Assembly (NCBI GenBank): GCA_009914755.4
Contig: CP068257.2
Coordinates: 15,168,001 to 15,232,000, forward strand
Source of the DNA: the human T2T-CHM13v2.0 reference genome, Homo sapiens
Length of the DNA: 64,000 nucleotides
Reading direction: 5' to 3'
Part shown: piece by piece, positions 1 through 13,947 of the stretch
How the letters are laid out: every line of letters begins with the position of its first letter
Position numbering within the stretch: the stretch's first letter is position 1
Position numbers and translations under genes: made by a program
Notes under the pieces: generated by a model
Database searches by the model: none
Seen by the model: only the letters and a program-made list of their open reading frames with translations
Told to the model about the DNA's origin: nothing

Positions 1-379
1 TTCAGTTGTAACCCACTTGCAATATTTACCAAAAAAATAAAAATACAGAGGTTACAAAGCAATGCTCTCAAAGTGAAAATGAATAAAACCATTTCATGCA
101 TACTGACTATATTTACTACTAAAGCAAAGAAATCATAAAATTCAATAACCTTTCAAGTGAAACAAACCAAATCAAAACAAAAAAATATTTTAGCAAACTG
201 GAAGGATAATAAAACTCTTTTATTCTGATACTGCATGTTAATTGGAAGCCCATCATGAATATCATCCTTCAAACTGCTAATAAATAACATTACACACTTT
301 CCTGCTAAAGTCAGAAAGTTATAATTTATGTTATTACTACTACTATCTATCACTATACTATAGGTCTTAGCCAATGCAA

Positions 380-1010
380 TAAGAGGTTTTTTTAGAAAAT
401 TAGATTGGAAAGACAGAATTTTAAGCTATTATGAATAGTTGTAAGAGGGAAAACTAGAGTATTTATAATAGTACCAATAAGGGAATTTAGCAATATACCC
501 AGATTGAAATACAATGTATAAACATTAATAGCTTTTCTAAATCCTGCCAATGTAAGACAGGAACAATTATTTTCAAAATAATAACAGCAAATATAAAATA
601 CTTAAGATTATACCTTATAACAAAGATTTCAAAATAATGAGTAAAGTGTTCACCTCATAGCAGATAAAACTCAGGAGGGTAAATTATCAGCAAATGACTT
701 TAAAAGATACACTAAAATCTATGAAATTAAAAAATCAAAGATAACCAAAAAGTTAAGCTGAGTTCTTTGAAAAGTTTAAATTAATAATGCAAAAATGAGG
801 TAACACTGATATAGAAAAAATAAGAGAATGCTTAAATAAAATACTAAGAATGAGAAAGAGATATAGCTAGAGATGGAATAGACATTTTAAAATCACAAGA
901 GACTATTTTGACTTCTAAAGAGAAAATTGTAGAAGTTTACTCAATAGCATAATCACTCCTGAATAAATGAAGAGAGATCGTTGCGGATGAGAAGTCTCGA
1001 CATGTTTTTT
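380..1010 (+). mobile_element. Ancient LINE-1 (L1M-class) ORF2 5'-region relic, highly diverged
   Basis: Motif-level similarity to the mammalian L1 ORF2 5' region, e.g. 'aaaatcaa.gataaccaaaaagtt...ttctttgaaaag' and 'agagaatgcttaaataaaatactaagaatgagaaagag', colinear with L1M consensus segments. AT-rich, no intact ORF. Confidence 0.35.
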
Positions 1011-2164
1011 TTTCTTATTTAATATAAAAATTCTTTGCAATGTAAATCAATATCCAATAGGATTTTATAGCATTTTGTAGGCTGATTATAAATTTCATGT
1101 AAAAGATACATTTTCAGGAATAGATAATAGCTGTCTGAAGATGAACAGAAAGGAAAACATGTCCTACCAGATGTAAAATCTTAAAAAGCATATGTCTTAA
1201 AGAACTGCAATGTTGACATAGGATAGGCAACAAAATCTGTAAAACTAAATGTAACATTCAGAAGGGGACCTGTAGGAATAATTGAATATTTAGAAAAAAA
1301 TGACATTTCAAATCAGCGAAGAAAAGAAAAACAACTCAATAAATGGTCTTAGAGTTTTGGGATAAATATTTAGAAAGATAAGTTAAATTTCATTTTACAG
1401 TCATCACAAAAAATAAATTCTAGATTAATCCAATAAACATAAAAGAAAGTTCTACAGGGTTATAAGAAAATATAGCACAATGCTTTCTTTGGTGCAATGT
1501 GGGGCAGTTAGGTAAATAAGACAACAAAGCCAAATTTATAAATAAAAATATTGATGCATTAACTAAATCAAAATTAATAGCAGGAGTTCCATTGCTAAAT
1601 GATATTTAAATGTCACTAGTAAAGCTAAATGGTAAGCAAACACAGAGAAAATATTTGTAATTTTTATGATGCTAAAGCATCGAAAGCAGTACTTTTCAAA
1701 CTCTCCATGGTGGAGGGCCAACTTTTTTTTCTATTTTTAATCTTTTATGGGCCAATACATTTATATAATACAATAAAAATGAATTACCAGAAAAATAAAA
1801 TTAAAAGAACATATAACATGTAAGTCCTTTTCTTACATGAGATTGAATAGTAATAAAATTACTCAGTCCACCTACTTTCAATTTCTCTGCCTACCTTGTA
1901 GTGGACCAGCAATAACCCATCGGTGGAGCAACACAGATCCACTGAAGACACCATGAGCTAAGCGGATCATAAGATGTCCCACAAATCAGTATGAAAATGG
2001 CAAAAAATCAAACACAAAAACACGTAATTTTTACTTCATCTTATGCTCTGGGGAGAAAATTGCACACATGCAGCAAGAGATACTCATAAGGATATCCATA
2101 TCATGATTGTTTATAAAAGCAAGAAATTGAAGGAAAAAGTCCATCTCCTAATCCTTGCTCTAAA

Positions 2165-2800
2165 AAACACTTCAGTATTTAACTCTGCTGTCACTTTCCT
2201 GGTCTAAGTGAGCTCCTGAAATAACCTAACTCTAACGCTAACCCTTACATAAATGTCTGCTGCTCTTCCACCATCCAGTCTTTCCCTACGCATTAGCTAG
2301 AGTCTTCTCTCAGCATGTAAACAGGATGCCTCACACTCTCCTGAAAACCTTCAGTGGTTTCATTTTACACTGACATTAAAATTCAAATTATTTACAACTC
2401 CTTGTGTCTTCTGGCCTCTGCCTGCCTCTTACATTTGATCTTTAAGCCATGCTTTCCTTTACTAACTATTCCCCATATACACTGACCTTTCAGTTTCTGC
2501 TCTGAAATTCTGTTCCTCGCATTTTATCCTGGCTAGTTCCTTCACATGCTTTTGTCCTCAAACTCAAATGTCATTGCTTTATATTGCTTTCCATTGACCC
2601 AACCAATCCAAATTAGGCATATCTCTACAGCCTGCTTTTCTTTATAAAACTCAGTTCTTTTCTACATTCGGTTTTGTGCTTCTTCTGCCTCCCATACTAA
2701 CTACACTGGGGGCTACAAAAAAGTAGAGAGTGACTTCTCTATTCCCATAACCTGGCTCAGTGGTCAGCAGCTAGCAGGTGCTCAATATGTATTAATTAAT
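2165..2800 (+). repeat. Ancient interspersed repeat (MIR/L2-class or similar pan-mammalian element), diverged
   Basis: Colinear resemblance to an ancient consensus that ends '...cagtgcctggcacatagtaggtgctcaataaatatttgttgaatgaatgaa'. The window carries 'ggtcagcagctagcaggtgctcaatatgtattaattaattaaataattgagtaaatgag' at the 3' end and matching internal blocks. Family not resolved. Confidence 0.3.
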
Positions 2801-4600
2801 TAAATAATTGAGTAAATGAGAAACGGAGGTTAAGAGAGGAGCTCAAAGCTAAGAAAAGAAGAAAGGGATTGTGAGAGGAGAGAATAAAGACAAAATAATG
2901 AAGAAAAGAAAAGAAAAGAAAAATTGTGTTGAATTTGAAAAATAAAAACAATAAAGATAAATTTGGAAAAATTATAGTACTCGACTTAGTTAACAGCAAT
3001 GAAAATATTTTGTAGATAAATATGTCATGTCATAATTCCATAACTGCCCTTCTTTCAGAATTATAAAGACAAGATAGCATCCTAAAATCTTTTTTCTAAA
3101 TATATAACTATTCCTACTATATCATACATCAATACATTATTTAAATACAAAAAAATTGATTTATTTGCATCGTACTTTCTCACAGTAGAATAAATGGAAT
3201 TTTACATTCTCTAGGAACTTTTTTGAACCACTCAAAGAATTTCACTTTCTTGGATGTGAGGTGAGACCAGGTGGTTCCTGAGTAGATTTAAAAAAATGCT
3301 AGAAAAGAATAAAAAGAGAGAAGAAACCAGAAACTTGAGTTTGTAATTTACTTGTGAAATGATATAAATAATGGTAATGTGCCCTGTTGTTCCCGCAGGC
3401 ACCATTTGGAGCCTGAGAATGGAGACCCAAATAATTGTTCTTTGTGGGCACATAAAGTGAGTTTTTCTTCCTTACCCGTCTTTTTGTTGTGTATCTATCA
3501 GTCAGTGTTCAGTTGCAGGTAAAGAAAAGAATCTACTCTAGCTAGTTTAAACAGAAAGGGTTTATTTAAGGGCATTAAATATCACACAGGATCATTAGGA
3601 GAACTAAAGATCCTAATTCTTGTTTGAGTTTTCAGGAATCATTCATGAGGCTACATTGCAAAATTGGGCTATCAAGGGAGCTACAGTTCCTGCCACAGTC
3701 CTGTAAAAGGAGAAAACTGCATGTGAAATCAGAAAAATGTTGCTACAACCTTTTATCAATTCCAGAACCACATTGCATTTATCATGGATACCATGGATTT
3801 GATACCCTGACTCCCTAGTCACATGACTGTGTGAAATAAAAATTTTGTGCTGGTTCATCTTATCAAAAGACTATAAATCATATCTAGAACACTAGCCACA
3901 ATAATGTCGAGGAAATGTTGTTTGTTGTTTATTTTTGTTTGTTTCATACGCTAAAAGGGTGTTGGAATGCCTGTTGAGCAAGTCATTTATAGTACCTGTC
4001 ATATACAGGATGTGCACCTGTTCCTTTCTACCAGTTAAGTGAGAATAGATATGTGAATTAAGATAGTAACAGTGAGGATATGGAAATTCTAAGAGATATT
4101 TAATATGTTTCTGTTTGGGCTAATAAGAAAATGTAGGTATTATTTTAGAGATTCAGGTGGATCCTATATATCGTTATTGAACTACGTTATTGATTAAAAT
4201 ACCAATAATTTCTTGGATTTTTACAGAAAATATGAAGCTTCTAACAAGTTAGTTTAAAATAATTAAGCCTTGACTCTATTGATGCTTTGAGTCAGATAAT
4301 TCTTTCTTGTAGGAGGCTACCCTGAGTATTGTGTGTAGGTATTTAGCAGCACAAATGGCCTCTACCTACTAAATGTCTATACCACGTCTTTTCTTCAGAT
4401 GTGACAATAAAAAATGTCCCAGATGTTGCCAAGTGCATGATTGTGTCCAGGTTTGAGTCACTAGTTTAGATGATCACATAAGGGGAAGAGTCCAAATCTT
4501 GCTTTTAAAAAATAGAAACGAAAAATAACAACTTCCAGAATACATAACTATTTCTTTTATTATAATTTTCTGTTTTTCAATTTTAGAAGTATATTTTCTG

Positions 4601-4909
4601 TTTTTTTTGTTTGTTTGTTTTGTTTTTTGAGACGGAGTTTTGCTCTTATTGCCCAGGCTGGTGTGCAATGGTGCGACCTTGGCTCACTGCAACCTCTGCC
4701 TCCAGATACAAGCTATTCTCTTGCTTCAGCCTCCCGAGTAACTGGGATTACAAATGTCCGCAACCTCACTTGGCTAATTTTTTGTATGTTTAGTAGAGAC
4801 AGGGTTTCACCATGTTGGCCAGGTTGGTCTTGAACTCCTGAATTCAGGCGGTCCACCCACCTCGGCCTGTCAAAGGCTGGGATTACAGGTGTAGCCACCA
4901 CGTCCGGCC
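4601..4909 (-). mobile_element. Alu SINE (AluS-like), full length, T-rich tail at left with (TTTG)n variants
   Basis: Reverse-complement Alu consensus throughout ('gagacggagttttgctcttattgcccaggctgg...gggattacaggtgtagccaccacgtccggcc'). Flanked by direct repeat 'agaagtata' at 4583-4591 and 4912-4920, consistent with a TSD. Confidence 0.9.
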
Positions 4910-4912
4910 TAG

Positions 4913-5230
<318 letters not shown>

Positions 5231-5723
5231 TGGATATCCTATTTTCTATACGTTTAAAAATTATATAATTTTTATATTTCGTTAATATTTTTAATTTATT
5301 GCATTTTCCCATTTTTATTGCTTAATTTCATTTTTAATATTCATTACTTAATTTCAGCAGGTTTTATAATTTCAAGAAACTAAAATTATCACTTACTTGT
5401 AAATATACCCCACTTTCTCACAAAAATAAATCTAGAAATCTAGACATTAGAAAAACATGGTGAAACACTTATTCTATTTCTCACAAATGTGGGAAAAATA
5501 TTTATTCATTAATATCACCTTTGCTGTAGTAGTGACAATGAGGTAAATTGTATTTCTAATTCCATCTTCTGTTGTTAGTTCCAAGTCAGGATCTTTCTCT
5601 ATCCTTAAAAAACTGAGATTGAGGCTCTCAAAGTTTTCTGCCTCAAATTCCTTTAATTAGTGATAATGGCCCCAGATGGCTGGGTATTTTTCGTGGAATG
5701 AGGGGGTTTCGAAACAAGTTTCA

Positions 5724-6017
5724 GTCAGGTGCAGTGGCTCACGTCTGTACTCCCAGCACTTTAGGATGCTGAGGTGGGCAGATCACTTGAGCTCAGGAGT
5801 TGAAGACTAGCCAGGGCAACATAGGGAGATCCCGTTTCTGCAAAAACTAATAATAATAAAAAGCCCGGAGTAGTGGTTCCTGCCTGTACTGCCAGCTACT
5901 CAGGAGGCTAAGGTCGGAGAATTGCTTGCCCAGGGAGGTCTAGGCTGCGGTGAGCCGTGATCACGCCACTGCCCTTCAGCCAGAGCAACAGAGTGAGACT
6001 CTGTCTCAAGAAAAAAA
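5724..6017 (+). mobile_element. Alu SINE (older, AluJ/S-like), poly-A at right
   Basis: Forward Alu consensus ('caggtgcagtggctcacgtctgtactcccagcactttagga...gcaacagagtgagactctgtctcaagaaaaaaa'). Possible TSD 'gaaacaag' at 5711-5718 and 6035-6042. Confidence 0.85.
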
Positions 6018-6373
6018 GGAAGAGAAAGAATGAACGAAACAAGCTCCTCCATGAAAGGGTTTTCAGTTTCTCGACTGTGGTTGCATGTGACAGTGTCTTC
6101 AATATCACATACTAATGTCTAGAACTCATCCATAGAGAATTTGATTTAATATGCCTGAGTGGGGCTGGCCATAGGTATTATTTTAGACCTCTCTGGATGA
6201 GTCTAATAATTGAGAAACATTGCTGGAAGGAAATACTGTTCAACTATGATCAAGCTATATATAGTTTTTGAAAAACTCTCAGATAATTTTCATATATCAT
6301 TTTTAAATGGACATGTTCTTAACAGTTACAAAGCACATCCTGAAAATTAATTATTCATGATCCAAGAGTCAGT

Positions 6374-6441
6374 TTCTCTCTCTCTCTCTCTCTTTTGCTC
6401 ATTCTTTCTCTCTCTCTCCCTGCTTCCTCTGCTTCACCTCA
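6374..6441. repeat. (TC)n / pyrimidine-rich microsatellite
   Basis: 'tttctctctctctctctctcttttgctcattctttctctctctctccctgcttcctctgcttcacctc' read directly. Confidence 0.8.
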
Positions 6442-7940
6442 GAAACGCTTAACAGGTACCTCCCAATGCAGAGTTGGGAAGATTTTGTGTGGAATAGGAT
6501 GCTTTCTTTAACATTAGAACTAAATCTGGAAAAACGATGTCCAGTGTCATTTTCAACTGGAAATTTTCTGAAAGAATATGGAGCCAACAGACAAACCTGT
6601 GGTGAGGAAGATAGCTTTACGTGAGTCTTCCCATTCACAAATCCATCCAAGACACTGCATTCTTTCTGCCTTACTAGCTTATGTAGCCTAGACAGTAAAG
6701 GTCACTCTGAGAGCCCAACTTTACTAGCTGCTATGCCAGCTCCCAATCCCATTTTATGTTTGCTCCAGATTACAAAACTACTTCCTTGCAGCGTTGTATG
6801 ACTACAAAAATTTGGTTAATATTTCTGCATCTTTTATCTCATCCATAAGATGAAGTAAATAGACTTGAGAGGCTTTAAAATCTACTCTTGCTCCAATAAT
6901 TTATTTCCTTCTTTGCAAGACATTTGGCAAAGTGTTTAATTACTGTTAGGAGCTTTAAAACTCCAACGGTATATTTTAAATTAAATAAAAATGTTTTGGA
7001 TATTTCTTTGTTTTCAGTCAATCATGAACCCTCCTCTTCTCTTTCTCTTCTGTTTTTTCTTGGCATTTCCTCTTCTGAGATCGATAAGGTGATAGATTAT
7101 TATCTTTCTATAGACAGAAATTGATGGGCTAAGTGTGAAGCACAGAAGATAGGGAATAACAAATTAAGTAATAGAGAAAAGAGAGAGGAGGAAGTGAGAT
7201 CATAGATCCAAATGCTCATGACTTTTAAAGATGGGAACCTGTGATAATGAGGTGTCAGCAAGGTAAACTAGGTAAGTACTAAACTTAGAGGATTCTGGTT
7301 ACATCGATCGGCCTTGTAGTTTGTAAGTATATTGCATACTTTCTACCAGTCCCCAACCACAGAAGGCTGCCACATACTCTCCTTCTCCTTTGACAACTCC
7401 CCTTAGGCCTTCTCCTCCTACAGAGAGTCATGAGTTATAACCCCAAAGCCCCTGCACAGACGTCTCTCACCCCCACTGTGGGCAGGTGCCATCATTCAAA
7501 ATATACACAGATTCCATGGAGAAAACATATTATGACAGCATCACAATCGATCTCCTTACTCCTCAAGAAGTTATATCCAAGTGACCTATATTCATGTACA
7601 AATTAGGTCAGATGGGAAAATGAAAAGTAGTTACAATAAATCACACAGTAAACACAGGAGTTCATAAATAAATAAAACCCGTGATAGGAAACTCAGAGTT
7701 GAAATAAGAATGCCTAATAAATGAAAAAGAAAAGAATAAAAGTTACAATCATAATATAATATAAAACTTTGGGAAAACTGGTGTGAAAAATTTTTTAATA
7801 TCTGTAAATATACCTTTGCCCTGGATAAACTAAATGAGGGAGGTTGCAAAGGGTAACTAAGTGACAGATATTACCTAAATTTAGGGATTGAATAATTCTG
7901 TATTGACTGAATCTTTAAAAAGTAAAGTAATAGCAATAGT

Positions 7941-8018
7941 AAAAAAAAAAAAGAAAGAAAGAAAGTAATAGTAGTATAGCAAAAAAAGTTCCAATGTGTA
8001 CAAGCAAAAAAAAAAAAT
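7941..8018. repeat. A-rich low-complexity tract with (GAAA)n
   Basis: 'aaaaaaaaaaaagaaagaaagaaagtaatag...caagcaaaaaaaaaaaatcc'. Confidence 0.5.
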
Positions 8019-8078
8019 CCCTTATTTTAGCCTTTCTTAGTTTCCAGTAGTAACCACTGTTACAAACTGTTGTGATTA

Positions 8079-8130
8079 TATATAAACACACAGACACACA
8101 TATGTATATACACACATATATATTTCAAAT
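8079..8130. repeat. (CA)n/(TA)n-rich microsatellite
   Basis: 'atataaacacacagacacacatatgtatatacacacatatatat'. Confidence 0.5.
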
Positions 8131-8289
8131 ATGTTTATATTTCACATATAGTTATAAATATAGAGCTATATTTGCATGTATAAATGCTCATATACTTTTG
8201 ACACAAATGGGTTCAAATTTTACATCTTTATGCACATTCCCCTATTTATTTTTCCACTAGTTACAGTCCTACTTCCTGGTGCTAGGCTT

Positions 8290-8470
8290 GGCTCCAACAC
8301 TTAATACTTGCATGATCTTAAAATGTGCTTGTTGCTCAAATTCTCTGTGCCTCAGTTTCTCAATAAACAATGGAGATAATAGTAATACTTGACACTTAAA
8401 GTTGCTATTAAGATTAAATGTACTACATTACAAGTCTTAGAATAGTGTTCAAACATCAGAAGTGCTGTGG
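8290..8470 (+). mobile_element. MIR SINE (core and 3' region)
   Basis: Matches MIR consensus blocks 'ctctgtgcctcagtttc', 'ggagataatagtaatac', 'attaagattaaatg' and 'cttagaatagtg' in the correct order and spacing. Confidence 0.55.
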
Positions 8471-8833
8471 AACTGTTAGCTTTTATTTTTATTGTCATCA
8501 TCAATATCATCTTCATCATTATACATAGTGGATGGTGTGGTACTTTGCCCAGATCCCCTCTTCATGTTACTTCTGATGACTTACCACCATGCCCCTTACT
8601 GGTAATCACCCTTCACCACAGGGAACAGCCATGCACAAAGTTATGTTCACATTCCAGGGTACATTCCATAGCCAAAGACTGGCTGATGTGGGAATACAAA
8701 TGCTCAGCTGCCCTAGCCACAGTGTGGGTAATTCTGAGGGCCATCCCAGATTCAGAACTCTTTTGTAGGATTATGAGACAACTTTCTTTGCTCAATCCTA
8801 TTTTCTACATTCACTTTATACGTATACATGTAA

Positions 8834-9274
<441 letters not shown>

Positions 9275-10063
9275 TAAAACTTTTTATTTGTATTACCACT
9301 GATCAAGCAGTACTGAAGACACTGCAACTTGTGGATGGTGGTGTATGGATAGCCTGTACTGTGTTGTACCGTTTGGTGTTAAAACTTTCACTGGTGATGA
9401 ACGGGATGTGATACCTGTGAAAGGTGATGCACCACCTAGTGCAATTTCTCTTGGTTGTGTGATATATGAGAAAAATGGTAATTACAAGGTTAATGAAACT
9501 GGGTGACTACTGTTGATTTCCACTGAGTAGTTTAGAGAGATGAATATAGCTTAGCATGATTAATCAACCATTCAAGGCAGAGTGTGAATGACTACGAGTA
9601 GCTTGTAAGTGGCTACATTTAAGAAAACCCTAATCTCCTGTAGCTGGAAGGCAGGGAGAATAAAAGACCACTCTCAGGGCTTAAGTAAAAGTGGAACTTC
9701 AGAGAAAGTTGATGTCTTAGTCCCAGAAGATCTCCTACACCAAGGAATTTATCTTCTAGTTCTGGAAGGAATGGGACTTGAGAATTGTAATGGTGACATC
9801 TAAATGGGTACATTTGAGAATCTTAAACACCCAAATTCCCTTAACCTTTCTGGGTTTGCCAAAGCAGCCTCCTCCTCCCTGTTAGTTGACAACAGTGCTC
9901 CCTTTTCTTCCTCTCACCTGCCGCACTGACTTGAGATCATGCAGAAGTCTCATATAAATCAGAGACATTATAAGACAATGCTTACTCCTTCAGAATATCC
10001 TAACATCCATACCTCTAATAAGGACCAAATTCCAGCACAGTCTAGTTAGGGAGTCATCATGCA

Positions 10064-10221
10064 TTCTCTTCTTTCTTCTTTCTTCTTTCTTCTTCCTTCT
10101 TCCTTCTTCCTTCTTCCTTCTTCCTTCTTCCTTCTTCCTTCTTCTTCTTCTTCTTCTTCTTCTTCTTCTCCTCCTCCTCCTCCTCCTTCTCCTTCTCCTC
10201 CTCCTCCTCCTTCTTCTTCTT
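10064..10221. repeat. (CTT)n/(TTCC)n/(CCT)n homopyrimidine microsatellite of about 160 bp; (GAA)n/(GGA)n on the other strand
   Basis: Uninterrupted pyrimidine-only run 'tcttctttcttctttc...ttccttcttcc...cttcttcttctt...ctcctcctcc...' that flows directly into the T-rich tail of the adjacent minus-strand Alu. Confidence 0.9.
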
Positions 10222-10525
10222 ATTTTCTTTTCTTTTTCTTTTTTGACAGAATCTCACTTTTTTCACCCAGGCTAAAGTGGAGTGGCACGATTTTGGCTCA
10301 CTTCAGTCTTGACCGCCTGGACTCAAGTGATCCTCCCGCCTCAACCCCTAAGTAACTGGGACTACAGATGTGTGCCACCACTCCTGGCTAATTTTTGTAT
10401 TTTTTTGTAGAAAGGGGGTTTCGCCATGTTGCCCAGGCTGGTCTCAAACTCCTGATCTCAATTGATCCACCAACCTCGGCCTCCCAAAGTACTAGGATGT
10501 CAGGCATGAGCCACTGCACCCGGCC
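10222..10525 (-). mobile_element. Alu SINE (AluS/J-like), 3' tail fused to the (CTT/CCT)n tract
   Basis: Reverse-complement Alu ('gacagaatctcacttttttcacccaggctaaagtggagtggcacgattttggctcacttcag...gcatgagccactgcacccggcc'). Confidence 0.85.
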
Positions 10526-12642
10526 ACATTCTAAGGAAGATAAGAACACTGTACTGAAGTTGCTGAAAGATCTGGCTAATATGTTTTGGTAGGAGTAGGT
10601 ATGTAACTGGGTCCTGAGGGTTCTGGATCAAAGGGGCAAAAAATAAAGTTGAAGATGAAAGAAACACGTATGAATATAGGTCCAGTCTATAGATCTTAAT
10701 ACCATGTCAAGCACCACTGGAGATGGTCTTTGCTAGGAAGGTCTTTGAAAGCTAGGAGAAAGTAATGATTCATAAAAATGGGGGAAAATGCTAGAAAATA
10801 TTATGACAAATAGAGAAGGAGGGGGTCAAAAGACAAAAACAGAGCATGCTATTATAGAACGGATACTATCTAAGGTCAGAAAACTCTACAGACCACAATG
10901 TTCATTGGAATGGTCCAGAGGATACTTCATTTATTACAGCAATAGGGATTGTGCTGATGAGAGGGATAGTGGCATTGCTGAGAAGCTGAGTGGTGGGGAT
11001 CACCTGTAGGTCAGGGTAAAAGGAGGAGAAGCTGTCACAGAACTAAACTTCCTGATAATAATGAAGATAACAGGATTGTGAAAAACCAGTGTTAGGGCAG
11101 TGCCATGAACTGTCAGAAGCATGGCGCATGCAATCATTGCATTAAGTGAGAAGATTGAAATAGTAGCCAGGGGGGCTGATCAGCAAAGCTATGAATATGG
11201 CAAATGAAACATAGTATCCCTAGAAATACTGACAAGAAATACATGCTTAGGTTTTGTTTAAGGAATCAAAACTATATGTATGTTCAGGAGCTGGTGGGTG
11301 GAAGCCCCAACAAAAATCATGATCTCTTATCAAAGCCACAGTGCATAGAACACGACAGCAAACATATTCAGTAGTAATTTCTTCCATCTTTCCCAAAAGG
11401 GACCTATGGCCATTTGCTCAGGCAATCATGTAAATTAAGTCTGAATTGACATTGGTATTCAGGGACCCAAGCACCACTATTGCACCCTGTAAAGAGTAGG
11501 GGTGTGGGAGGTGCCAGATGATAACTAAAATATTGGCCCATATGAGGATTAAGTGATCCACTGGGTCCACAGACTTGTCCAGTGATAATTTGCCCAGTCC
11601 CTGAATGCATAATTGGAATAGACATACTGATTATTAGCAAAACCTGCACACTGGTTACTTGATCTGTGAAATAACTCTCTTAAGAAAGACAACTGGAAAC
11701 TTCTAAAAGTGTGACACTTCTTTTCAAAACAATACAACATTACAGAGGAAATTCAGAAATTAGTGCTACCCTCAAAAACTTAAAGAATGCAACTTGTGGC
11801 TCCTTTCATACCACAATTTAATTCACCAGATTGACTCTTTAAAAAAAAAAACAACAACAACAAAAGATGAACCGTAACAGATGACCATGGATTATTGAAA
11901 ACTGACCCAAGGAGTACTCCAATTTTCAGCCTCTGCCATATTGTTGATAGAGCAGATTAACATAGACTCTAGCTACAGAATGTGGCCATTGACTGCACCT
12001 GCATTCTTTTCTATCCCAATAAAGAAGGAGATCAAGAAGAAGATCATTTTCATGTAGGATGAACAACAGTACACATTTTCTGTCTTGGCCAAGAGCAATA
12101 TTAATTTTCCCTCCCTCTGACATAATATAGTCTGAAAGAACTAGACCATCAAGGGCATCTAGCAGAATATCACACAGGTCCACTAAATAGATGACATCAT
12201 GCTAGTCAAACCAAGTGAGACAAAACTGGCAAGTACATTGGAAACATTAAGACATACGTGCCAGAGAGGACAGGAGATAAACCCTCCTAAGATGCAGGGG
12301 CCCTCCACACCAGTAAAGAAGTTTTTAGGATTCCAGAGGACTGGAAAATGCCAAGACATTCTCTCTAAAGTAAAAAATAAATGATTTTCTCTTAAAACTT
12401 CTACCACTCAGAAGCAACACGATAATTGACAGGCCTCTTTGGAGTCTTTGGAATATAAAAGAAGTAAATTTAACAATTTAGAATACTGTTTCAATACTAA
12501 AAAAAGAAATAAAAATAAAACAAAAGAATACTGTTTCAATCCATTTACTGGATGACATAGAAGCCTGCTGGTATTGCGTGGACTCATCCTAATACAGATA
12601 CAGAAAGGAGTCTGTATCTGTATTAGGTGTTCTTGCTTTGCT

Positions 12643-12762
12643 AATGTGAGATATATATACATATATCTGATATATATATCTGGCTCATATATATCAGATA
12701 TTATAGATATAGATAGATAGAGATATAGATATAGATACAGATATATAGATATAGATATATAT
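12643..12762. repeat. TA-rich microsatellite, (TATAGA)n/(GATA)n with a palindromic (TA)n core
   Basis: 'atatatacatatatctgatatatatatctggctcatatatatcagatattatagatatagatagatagagatatagatatagatacagatatatagatatagatatatatcag'. The segment 'ctgatatatat...atatatatcag' is self-complementary. Confidence 0.8.
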
Positions 12763-12765
12763 CAG

Positions 12766-13144
<379 letters not shown>

Positions 13145-13611
13145 CTACTTGGCTTCTGGGGAGGTCTTAGGAAACTTACAATCATGGCAGAAGGCGAAGG
13201 GAAAGCAAGCACATCACATGGTGAAAGCAGAATCAAAAGTGAGGGAGGAAGGTGCCATGCAATTTCAGCAACTAGATCTCAAAAGAACTCATTCACTGTC
13301 ATGAGAATAGCACCATGAGGATGGAGTTAAACTATTTATGAGAAATCTGTCCTCATAATCCAATCACCTCCCACCAGGCCCCACCTCCAACATTGGGGAT
13401 TACAATTCAACATGAGATTTGGGCGAGACACACATCCAAACTGTATCAGCATCAGACCAAGACTGCAGTTCAAACAGCCCTTCCACTTGGAACACATTAA
13501 CTAGAAGACCATGGTACTAGAGGTTATCTGTGGTGGAAAAAAAAATCTGTCATATGAAGTTTACATCCAGCTTTTATAGAAAATCACAATCATATGCTCT
13601 GTAAAACCCAC

Positions 13612-13947
13612 CGCTATGGTCTGAATATGTTGCCCCAAAATTCATGTTGAAATCCTAACCCCAAGATGATGGTATTAGGAGTTGGAGCCTTTTAGAAGGT
13701 GATTAGGTCACAAGAGTGGGGTTGTCATGAATGAAATTAGTACCGTTATGAAACAGGCCCAGGAGGCTTATTCATCCTTTCCATCATGTGAGGGCACAGT
13801 GAGAAGTCACTATCTATAAAGTAGGAAATGGGCTGTCTCCAGACACTGAATCTGGACATTCCAGAACAGGGAGAAATAATTTTCTGTTGTTTATAAACCA
13901 TTCAGTTAATGGTATTTTGTTATAGTAGCTCAAATGGACTAAGACAT
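13612..13947 (+). mobile_element. ERVL-MaLR-type solo LTR (MLT-like)
   Basis: Begins 'tatggtctgaatatgttgccccaaaattcatgttgaaatcctaaccccaagatgatggtattaggagttggagcc' and ends 'ttctgttgtttataaaccattcagttaatggtattttgttatagtagctcaaatggactaagaca'. This is the canonical MaLR LTR block structure with TG...CA-type termini. Confidence 0.5.

Noticed and set aside
10057-10355. ORFs encoding poly-Ser/Pro/Leu (+) and poly-Lys/Glu (-) peptides
   Set aside because: Pure translation of the (CTT/CCT)n microsatellite. Low-complexity artefact.
12643-12762. Regularly spaced short repeats that could superficially look CRISPR-like
   Set aside because: They are a TA-rich microsatellite with 2-6 bp units and no unique spacers, in a eukaryotic context. 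The tandem repeats at 10064-10221, 37300-37440 and 40005-40083 are likewise microsatellites.
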